Shown piece by piece: positions 10,741-22,300 of a stretch of 45,434 nt of DNA. Positions within the stretch are counted from its first letter, which is position 1. Each line of letters opens with the position of its first letter. The position numbers and the translations under genes are program-made. Below the pieces are notes generated by a model. It ran no database searches, was not told the DNA's origin, and worked only from the letters and a program-made list of their open reading frames with translations. The stretch comes from Hyphochytrium catenoides (Eukaryota > Protista > Hyphochytriomycota): NCBI GenBank assembly GCA_900088475.1, contig FLMG01002197.1, forward strand, positions 1 to 45,434. The letters are read 5' to 3'.

Positions 10741-12754
10741 CTAACTTGCGGGCTGCTTCACGAGTTTGAACACATAAAAGTCTTTCCACTCACTACCAGC
10801 CATTTCCTCCTCACCCGACGGTGCATCCTCTGCCAAGAAAGCTTCCGTGTCTCTGGGTACTCTACCCTCCTCGTCGCAAGGGGCCACAATGTGTGTCCGC
10901 TCTACAAGCCAGGGCTTTATCGGAAGTATTAGTATTCAGTGGTCACGACAGCGGGTTATCGAGCTTTTGGAGCGACAGGTTAGAGACTGAACAGCGACCA
11001 GCACCTAGGTACGTAGTCTCTCAAAGAATGAAGTAGGTTCCGCGATAGCTTTAGTATGCACCGGGACCGCGAACAGAGGTAAAGGGATAGTTTAGAGAGA
11101 TAGAGACAGAGACTACCGACCTGTGAGGCTAAAGGTTCCGCTGTCTCGGCGGGATCTCTCGACGTCAGAATCACCATCATTCCGTCAGCTTTTAACACAC
11201 GATAACACTCAGCTAAGAACTTCTTCAGAAGCGGGAGACAATCATCCACGTAGAACATGCAATCAAAGAGTGACTTGTCTGCCACCACGTCAAACTCTCC
11301 ATCCTTGTAAGTCATTGACAGGGCGTCCTGGACTTCCCAGACCATCCCCGCTCGCTTCTTGCATTTCTCTCTCATATGGTCGATAACAACTTGGCTGATA
11401 TCCATATTGGTTATGTTATGAAAGCCAGCGTCATATAAACCAATGCTGAAGTCGCTGTTGCCGCAGCCCACATTGAGAATCTTGTCTTTAGGCCTTAAAG
11501 CGGGCAAGAAGAAGCACCCTAAGAAGGACGACAAAGAAAGAGAAGGCATGTCAGGGCAATGGCGATATAGATAGCAATGGGGAGACATGGAACCAAGGCT
11601 ATGAACGTCGCTCCTTCCACTTTTCTGTATCTTCGCAGGACCACTCGGTGTCTTACACGCTTTAACCCTTACAATCTGATCGCCATACCTTTCCCCTACC
11701 CTGCTGATAAAAACTAGCGATCGGAACATGTAAGGATGATCAGCCCTACACGGCCTCCGGTTCTTCTCTCTCTCTCGTCTTACTCCTGTGTGGGTTCTAA
11801 CTGCTCCAGCATATCTACGCTGACCGTTGTAGTGTCTCTCGCACTTACCTATAGTCCCAAAGGTTAGCAGCCACTCAGTGTTCCTATCCTCCTCGGCATC
11901 ACCTTTAAAAAGGGTGTCCCAATAGTCACGATCTAACGTCTCAGAGCAAGTTGGAGCCTGGTTTAAATACTTTTCGGCCTGCTCCATATTTCCGAAGACA
12001 TCATCAGCCTTCAAGACCCCAGATTCTATTTGTTCCTTGTCTAAAACGAAGAAAATATGGCCGATGGAGAAGTGCTGCTCCACGCTCTTCATAACAAATC
12101 TCTTGTCGGTCCTTGCTAGAACCACTACGGACCAATCTTCAATGCAATAGAAGTCTCCAACTTTGACAGCTGAAGGATCTCTGACCGCAACGTCGTCTGG
12201 CCATACAGTTAAACCGTCTCGGATCATATCCATGCCAAAGCCCAGACCTTCGGCGTCCACCTCTGCACCGCCTATAAAGATGCGACGGGAAGTAAGCCCT
12301 GACGATGCAGCCTCATCGTCATGAAACGAAGAGTGTGAACAGCAGGAAGACTGTGAGCAGTACTCTCCGTACTCGCCACCGCTAAGCTCGCTCTCTCGAT
12401 GCATCTCGCAGTGGTCGCAGCCCGTATCATCGCAATCTGACGCACAGAGCTTCGAACTGCAAGCATGTTGAGAGTGGTCATCAGAGCAATGGTCTTCACC
12501 CTCTGACGCAGAGTAGCTCTCCGAAGAACGACGGCCGCCGGTGATGTCCCCATCTTCGGCTGCACTCGCAATTGCCTGCTCAGCGCAGCACGTCCCAGAT
12601 TAGTCCCAAACCAACATAAGGTAAAGCTCTACCGCCAAAATAGTCGTACCTCGGTCCTTTGCTTCTTGGAATTTCCAAGCGGTGCCACCGGAGACTCAAC
12701 CACGAGTCCTCGTTTGCTGAGAAGCTCGATAGCTTCAACCGATTCCTGTGCCAT
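10741..12754 (-). CDS. Class I SAM methyltransferase, EEF1AKMT4/METTL13-N-like, with a long Cys/His/acidic N-terminal extension; introns at about 12578-12649, 11519-11848 and 10915-11120
   Basis: Motifs DYWD..F, TEWLLTFGTI|GCFFLPALRPKDKILNVGCGNS, ITNMDISQVVI, FDVVADKSLFD and ECYRVLK. Exon 1 (MAQESVEAIELL) joins in frame. Confidence 0.85.
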
Positions 12755-13549
12755 CCGTCCTTCCTCCTTTCATGTCACGAGAGCTGAGAGGCAGCCTCCA
12801 CCCTTCAGTACAGCCGCCGTAACACCCGCTAGTGCCAGGGACGAACTATAACTTGCTGCTACGCAAACGCTAAGCCCACGCCCGACCGATAAAAGCTATC
12901 CGCTAAGTACCTCGGCCCAGGCCAGCCTTTTGCATGTGGCCCCAACGAGCTGAAGCTGCCAATACTACCGGGAACCTAGCTTGGTTGTTTGCGTTGTCTG
13001 ACACTGTGTGGAGATGGGGCAGGCACTTGAACAAGAAATACGATTATGGAGCGCGCCAATGAGGAAAGAGACAAGACAGGGACTGGCAATAAGTGTCAAC
13101 ATGCGCCATCTCTCACCTATTCTGTCTGGCGGCAATGCAGCTCTTGCACCATCTTCCTAGTATTAGCGCTTGTATGGGCTGATTGGATTCACGGAGACCT
13201 ATATCTCGGCCTCTCTGTCGCGCACGGGCGCTGAAGAGTTCTAGAAGGGCTGATTGTGTTCCTCTATCTTTCTTGATGTGCCGTGTCGTCGTTGTAAGGT
13301 TCAGTACTCTCTGTGATGGTTGTATCCACTGGCCTGAGAACCAATTATTACAATGCAAATACAGTAAATTTACTCAGAATGTTACACTCTGGGAGTATTA
13401 TGCAGTCAGTCGGTGATGCCAAGTCTGTTGCTCGACACTCAGCAGTTTGACCGACCTTGAGATTTTGATGCTCTGCGCCTGGGGAGCACGGCGCCGAAGC
13501 TCATGTGCCCTGGAGGGGGAGCAAACAAGGGAAGGCATGCACAGAACTC

Positions 13550-13990
13550 ATGAATTCTGAGGTGGCTTCTATTGTTGCTGTCGTAAGTCCCCGCAGGCTA
13601 GATCATATGTAGAAGCTGTGCCGTCAATGAAGTGAAGGTGGGACATAGCTAATACTGCGCTAGCCTGAGGACAAACCTATAGTACCGTAGCTCCGCTCCC
13701 GCCCGAAGAATGAATCTTCACAAAGGCAGCAAGAACGCAGATATCGATGACATTGAGGGCATGATAGAACGTCAAGGATGTGCGAAGGTAACCGTGACTA
13801 TCCTGGCGCGGCCACGATGTTGTTTTCCGCTGAGATCTCCGGCTATGCCTTCTAGGAATATTACAATCTGGAAGAATGCCTTGGTGAGCACTCAAGAGAT
13901 TGGAGAAAGTGTCAGAAGGAAGTAAAGCTGCTGAAGATTTGCAACGAGCTTATTATGAAGAAGAAAATTAAAGAGCAAGCTGGGTCCTGA
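13550..13990 (+). CDS. COA4: Twin CX9C mitochondrial intermembrane-space protein, cytochrome c oxidase assembly factor COA4/CMC3-like; introns 13583-13682 (tentative) and 13788-13855
   Basis: The spliced sequence IERQGCAK|EYYNLEECLGEHSRDWRKCQKEVKLLKICN contains two exact CX9C motifs and the DWRKC signature. ATG 13710 is an alternative start. Confidence 0.82.
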
Positions 13991-14126
13991 ACAATCATAT
14001 TAAGGCGTGCAGCGACTTATGGACAGGTACCGATCTATCAATATTTAGCAGTGTACATGCTGAGATTAAGGACAGCTATCTGTAATTGCCAGATGGGCTC
14101 AGATTAAATGACTTCCTGGTGGTGGT

Positions 14127-14142
14127 GGTGTTTATAAACACC
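14127..14142 (-). promoter_or_regulatory. Candidate histone mRNA 3' stem-loop (GGTGTT-TATA-AACACC followed by ACCACC)
   Basis: A 6-bp stem with a 4-nt loop, about 65 nt downstream of the H1 stop. It has GG/CC at the base, a U-A closing pair, U at loop positions 1 and 3, and an ACCA 3' flank. Confidence 0.55.
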
Positions 14143-14206
14143 GATAATGAGAGTGGTTGATCCGTAGGACCGGAAGGAGCCAATAGATAAGAAGTTAGTT
14201 GATGGC

Positions 14207-14920
14207 TTACTCCTCCTTCTTAGCAGCTGCCTTCTTCTTGGGCGCCGCCTTCTTCATAGTGGCAGTAGGCTTTGCCTTCTTGGCAGGGCTCTTCTTCTTG
14301 GTCACGGTCTTCTTCTTAGGGGTAGCCTTCTTAGTGGTGGTCTTCTTCTTTGTTCCCTCTTTCTTTTCACCCTTGGCCTTAGCAGGCTTCTTCTTCTTAG
14401 GTGCCTTTTTAAGGGCTGGGGAGAGCTTGAAGGAGTGCTTGACCTGAACAAGGTCACCGCTCTCAGTGTGCTTCTTCAGGGCCTGGGTCAAATAACGCGG
14501 GACGAAGCCTGGCTTCTTGGCGGACACGTATTTGGCAATGGCCTGACGAGAACTACCAGTGCGCTCCTTAAGAGCAATAATAGCTTCCTTAATGAGGTCC
14601 CAGTACTCGCCGCCTCCAGACTTCTTGCTCGAGGATGCCTTCTTGGGCTTCTCACCCTCTGCCTTGGGTGTCTTAGGCTTCTTAGGAGACTTTGCCTCCT
14701 TTGCCTCCTTAGGCTTGGCCTCCTTGGGGGACTTGGGTTCCGCCTTGGCCTTTGCAGCCTTGGGTTTGGCAGTTTTCTTAGCAGTGTCTGCCTTCTTTGG
14801 CTTGGCTGCCTTTGGCTTGGCTGCCGCCTTGGCCTTTGTAGGCTTTGAAGCCTTGGTCTCGGGCGCAGGGGCCTCCGCAGCAGGCGGGGCGGTGGTAGCT
14901 TCTACAGCGGCTTCTGCCAT
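14207..14920 (-). CDS. H1: Linker histone H1, intronless
   Basis: Winged-helix globular domain YWDLIKEAIIALKERTGSSRQAIAKYV...LTQALKK...GDLVQVKHSFKL, flanked by K/A/P-rich tails carrying SPK/TPK sites. Confidence 0.95.
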   Translation of the reverse strand: MAEAAVEATTAPPAAEAPAPETKASKPTKAKAAAKPKAAKPKKADTAKKTAKPKAAKAKAEPKSPKEAKPKEAKEAKSPKKPKTPKAEGEKPKKASSSKKSGGGEYWDLIKEAIIALKERTGSSRQAIAKYVSAKKPGFVPRYLTQALKKHTESGDLVQVKHSFKLSPALKKAPKKKKPAKAKGEKKEGTKKKTTTKKATPKKKTVTKKKSPAKKAKPTATMKKAAPKKKAAAKKEE

Positions 14921-15227
14921 TGTTCTCTGAAATGGTGCTTCGCGGCGACTTGAAGGTGCACTAGCGGAGCTTTACTCTGTTGCGTGTGTGGAAGTATGAA
15001 AAGTGAGCTTCAAACTCAAAAACCACTCTCCAGCTCCTCAATCCAAAGGACATCTATCCCATATTACTACTGCTTCTTTCCCATAGTAAGAAACTATTCC
15101 CTACAACCTACTACTAGCAATCGAAATTCCTTTTGATCGTATATCAGTCCGTTATTGGGTTGGCGGACGATCAGTACGGTCCACCTATTATGGGCATTAA
15201 TTACATTTTCCTAGAACATAGCTTGAT

Positions 15228-16400
15228 TCAAAGAGGCATAGCCGGGGTTGCAAGATAGCGGACTCTGTCGCTTTTGAAATGAGTAGAAGCATTCCGCCAA
15301 TCAGAAACGAGCTTATGGGCCCTGTCACTTTTGTCCTTTTGAATATTCGCCCATAACGGTTCGCTCGCAGCAGCAGGAATAAATCCCTCCTCGCTCTTCA
15401 TCATCCTATTATCCACTCTGGCTCTTGTGCTACTGAAGAATATAAGGCGTTTGTTGTATCTAGACAGCTTCGATCTAAATCTCTCCCGGGCCTCTGTGTG
15501 CTCTGTCGTCTTGACCTCATTCATCGCACCCTGAAAATCTCTTCCATTGTCTGATGATGATGTGAGTCCTTGATGTTCCACATGTCCAGGGTCGTCAGTT
15601 CCCTATCTCCTGGTGTTCTCTATGAATAATAAACGTGCTCTACGTGCGTGCTCCCGAGCGCGCCTCTCACAGCCACACACCTCGTCGTAGCTCATGCGAG
15701 TGGCGCAGTTGCGCTCGCACTCAAGTTCAGGTTCTTCATTAGTTGCACCAGTACAGTAGAATCAGAGAGTTCTAATAGATTATCATTTCTTGGAGTTGTC
15801 AGCACACCATAGCGCATTTGCTGAACTTGACCGTCATCTGGATTGCATTAGTCAGTGGAGACTTCTGCTATGCTCTTCGTATGTAGTTCTAGCTCTACAA
15901 GTGTACCTATTCTTGCTTGCTTTGTCCCTTGCCTATCTATGTACTTTGTGTGTTCATTCTGGGTGAGATCCTCGTCGCGATTGAAGAGGCTGCTACAAAT
16001 CCCACCCTTGTTAGTGGCAGCACACTGTGGCGATAGGTTTTGCCCTAGATAAATCTACAGCTTAGGCCGGACGGCTGGGCAATCCACTGCGGATAAGTGG
16101 AAGTAATGAGATTCCCATTTGCGTCATTTACGTACGTACACATGCTAAAGGTCTCTAAACGGACTTTGAACAGAGGAAGACTCGCAGTGCTCAAGCTCGC
16201 TCCTTGGCTAACCTTGACACAGGCACCTTCTCCTGGAAAGATTACATCGACGAATATTGTTGTTCCCACTAGACCTACCTTTATCTAAACGACAGAAACT
16301 ATCGAGTCAGTTGTGCTTCTGCTGCATGACGCATATTCATACGGAGAAAAGAATGCTCCTACTCTCCCATCATACAATAGCGGGACTAGCTGCTGAGAAG
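15228..16400 (-). CDS. Probable multi-exon hypothetical gene (structure unresolved)
   Basis: Several open blocks bounded by GT/AG: 15228-15581, DDGQVQQMRYGVLTTPRNDNLLELSD near 15700-15840, and IKVGLVGTTIFVDVIFPGEG near 16210-16285. No family recognised and the phases do not fully reconcile. Confidence 0.3.
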
Positions 16401-16630
16401 AAGGGCTGTTCGTCGTGTTACTTCCGAACCAAATCGCTGCTAGAGTGAACTTATAATGGAAGTTTTCGCCACCTCGGCTATAATTAGGGCGCAGATCCCT
16501 AGCTCTCCTTTGAACGTCGTCCCGCCAGCAACTGGGCGCGTGAGTCCCTTCCCCTAGCTCTGTTTTTTAAGCAACCATCGCCCCACTTCTCCTAGCTCTT
16601 CATGAAATGGGTGAGAACTATTGGCAGCAG

Positions 16631-16658
16631 NNNNNNNNNNNNNNNNNNNNNNNNNNNN
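16631..16658. other. Assembly gap (N run)
   Basis: 28 Ns. Confidence 1.
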
Positions 16659-16678
16659 TCATCTTTACTAGGTGTCTT

Positions 16679-18582
<1,904 letters not shown>

Positions 18583-19312
18583 TATGCAAACGTGGACCGT
18601 TACCCGATAAAGCGAGACTGCTTGGAGGATTCTTAGAAGAACTGATGCTTGAGACTACCCAGCGATCAAGCCCTATGCCATTCACGCGACGAAGCTTGTC
18701 CACTATGACTTCACTTGGGAGCTGTGTCGTGTACAATAATCTCTATCCAACTCAAGAGAATCTGACGAGAAACGCAACGCCGTGACAGGGCTGGTGACTT
18801 GCTGAGGTGAGTGAGTAGCGAGCGCCGACTATTAGATCAAAAGTTAAGAGCCCTCTAACTTTAAGAACCATAAGTATGGGTATAGAAGGAGAGGGGGATT
18901 TTAGGTTAAGAGGTGGTTGAACTGGACCTTGTCGCTGTAAAGGTTATCATGGTTACTTTCCATGGTAATCACAGAATTGATAACCGAGATATCAAGCTCT
19001 ATTAATGATGTTTTGATCTGGGACAAATTTTTACTCGAAAATCGAAAAGCTTTCAGAATAAGGCGTTCTTATAGAAAGTGACGTGAATGATGTTTTGATG
19101 TGTGAGTTTTTTGCTGAAGACAAGAAAGTCGTGAGCCAGGCTCTTGTTGAAGCTTATTGCTTTTCTTGTCTCTAGATATTGCGCCTATGCTGCGGTGACA
19201 GAGGATCGGTGTCTCCCCCAGTAAAAAGCAAAGGATCGATATGTAAAAGTACGAAGGTTGGGGTCCAGTTTCATTAGCACAGGGACAGGCGACTGATGGG
19301 GAATTCTGAAGA

Positions 19313-22300
19313 ATGAGCTCACTAGACCTCGTTCCACTACCAACGAGAGTTGCCCTGGCCGAGATATTAGAAGGATGCCACGCAGAGTATAAAACATCTC
19401 TTGCCTTTCACTGGAAAAGATGCTCTAGCCTATATGGCGTTCCACAGCCAGAAGATGAGGACACCATCATTACCTTGTCCTCCCCCACTGTCGGATCAAC
19501 AGAGAGCCAATCATGCTTGGCTACATTCTTTGACTGTTGGCTTATGGCCGCCAAGGGGCGACGGTGGCGCAGGCGCATTGTACAATATTTGCATAGGAAG
19601 AGGAAAGAAAAGCTACTTGCTTATACATTTGAAGCAATAAAGGCCAATTGGGCACTTGAGACGGCAAACGCCTCTCGCTTAAAAGTTGCCTGGGATAGAG
19701 TGCAGAAGAGAGTTTGGTTTGGTACGTTTCATGTTCCAAGATGTTTAAGGAGACGAGAGACTAATTCTGTTCAATAGATAAGCTCAAGGTTCAGGTGGCG
19801 GCAAAGAAAAGACAAGAGAGGTGATTGCCATTGCCACTGCTCGCTCGACTTTCCCTTTTATATCATCGCCCACCCACTTTCTCTTGGTCTCATCCTTTCC
19901 CTCTTTTATCTCTGTTGCTCATGTCCCGTGTCTTTCTAATACGCGCTGGGCCCTCTCGGTGATCGCCGTCTCTGACTCCCAAAGCAACTGCTTCCGTTGC
20001 AAATTTGCAAAGCCCTATATTCTACCGATACTCATCCTATCGACTAACTGCTTCTCGCATAGGCAGGAGAACGCGGCAAGTCTTTTAGGCCGATGGTGGG
20101 TTCAGAGCAGAGCTCGGAAGCTAAATCAGGTAGGGATGAGGAACTGTTTTGAAGTCCTTCCTGCAATACTCACGGACTATCTTTAATACCTTGGCTGCTT
20201 GGGGTTGTGGGGGTGAATGTCAAATCCCAGCTCCGTTTCAGGCTCCTAAGTCACTCCTTCCACTACTGGGTAGCGGAAGTCAAGGCGCTGGAAACCAAAA
20301 GAAGGCGTCGAAGGTTCCTATTTTCTTCTCCAGTGCGTCTTGTTAACATATTTGGAGTTAAGCACTCTTACAGGATTGCTGCGGCGAAGCATCGGTACTT
20401 CATTCTCCGCCAGACTTTCTTTGCGTGGAAGGCAAATCAGGATGAGAGGGTAGGAAAATGATCTGCTTTGCTACTTCTTCGGGTCTCTCCTTTGCTCTTC
20501 GCATCCCCCGCGCTTCTCTCACCGTTTCTATGCTTCAACTCTGGAAGACCGTCATCGCCTGGCGTTGGCAGCTAAATGCGCTCCTGAGGCTAGCGTGGAC
20601 AGGCCTTCGCCGTAACTGGAGGACTGCTACAGTCAATAACATCCGAGCTGAGGTGATAGCAGGATTTACTCCCATGGTTTACTCACCCCAAATCAATACT
20701 TCAACACGTCGACTGTGCTTAGATAGCGGGCTTTGGCTCTGTGCTTTAATTTTCACTTTAATCTGCTGAATGTTTTAGGTCGTCCTCAACTGTCCCCATT
20801 AAACTATACTGACTCGTTGCAGGAATATCGATGCTTCAAAGTCTTGAGGGTTGCGTTTTGGCACCTTCAAAGAGCCGTCAAGGCATCGAAAACGGAGAAC
20901 TACGCACTTGAAAGGAGAGTGAAAGGATGCGCAGTACTTCGTAAGCTTGGTCTTTTATGGGCTAATACTAATCCTCACATTAATTGATTATGCATTTTCT
21001 GACCCTGATGTCTGTCGCTCTTTCCCGGGGGCTCTCCTCCTGTGGTCTGTCTCTCTCCCTCCGTTCTCTGTCTCTCGTCTTCTTCTTCCTCTGTTTCTCT
21101 CTCTTTGCGTTCTCCGCCCTCTCTCCCTCTTTCTCGACTTCTTTATTTTATCTCTCAGGTGTATGGGCGACATGGACTAGGCGCCGGAGAAGGTAGGACC
21201 TCCTTGCAAGTGACCTGAACAGAAAGCGTGGCAGCTAAAGTATGTTCGCTGGCAGATCTCATGCCTCATGCCAGGCGGTGAAAGCGCTTCGCAACCGCGC
21301 CATAATTCGGACCTTCTGGAGCGTCTGGCAGTTGAGAGGCGCTCAAACTCGTGCCATAAAGGAGGCAAAGAAGGCGAGGATCACATGGTATGTATGATAG
21401 GGAAAGCTTGCCAAAGGAACAAGAAGTATAATTGACGGTCGTTGGGCTAAGTCGGGATGTCAAGCTTGACGCATTGATTTGAGAAGAGAGGCGTTGATGA
21501 AGACAGAGACGGCGGTTGGCAGCAGTGGCAAGACAGAACAGTCATGCTGAGTTCTCTTTCTCAAACCATACAGGTTGAAACGGGAAGTCTTCGATGCCTT
21601 TAGAAGGTCTAGCTTTAGGGCATCAGCCTTCCGTCTTTGGAGAGAGACAAAGCAGCATCGCGTACTTGACCAGTTTTTCCACCTCTGGCTAGAGCGCTTC
21701 AGCCAGAGACTGGTAGGTGATAAAAGACCCTTGGTGTGCTTCGCCCTTGCTTCTTGTGCCGCTGTTGCGCCGCTGTCTTATTCTTGTCTTGGAAAATGAC
21801 TGTCGCTCTGTTAAAAAGTATTTGTCCTTTCTCCCCTGTCATCTTGGACTGTCAGCATACCACACGTAAAGCAGTGCTGAGCCTGTATATGTATACATGA
21901 GCCCCGACTTATAAATGCGTCTGTATACTTAGAGAGAAAAGGAAGTCAGTCGACAGTATCTATATAGGAATAGGTGGCGGCTCCTTGACCGGTCTTTCGG
22001 TGCTCTAAAGGAGTTTGCGCACGAGGAGAGGCAACTTAGACAAGCTACTCTGTGGCGAGCAGGCAAACTCAAACAGTGGGCCTTCTACTGCTACCGTAAG
22101 GCGAGTGCCGTGAATCGAGAGACGCGACGTCAAGGAGGTGAGAAGATTGAATCTCTTCTACTTCACAGGGCTCCTGATGTCCATGGACTAAAATGGCTAC
22201 TCTCCTTTTGCCCCATTGCCCGGGTCTCGCTCTCATGGTGTCCTTTGACATATATAAGCTGAGCTCGTCTACGGTTTAATCCGCCGTCGAGTTCTACGAG

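Noticed and set aside
14199-14930. Long hydrophobic plus-strand ORFs over H1, and similar antisense ORFs over SCPx and CTL
   Set aside because: These are antisense shadows of biased codon usage in real genes.
19004-19117. Possible box C/D snoRNA (ATGATGT...CTGA)
   Set aside because: The C box is imperfect and there is no terminal stem or recognisable rRNA guide. It is kept only as a direct repeat.
20130-20230. Apparent frameshift or non-AG acceptor in the Sfi1-like gene
   Set aside because: A canonical GT-AG intron at 20130-20230 restores the frame (LNQ|LRFRLL).
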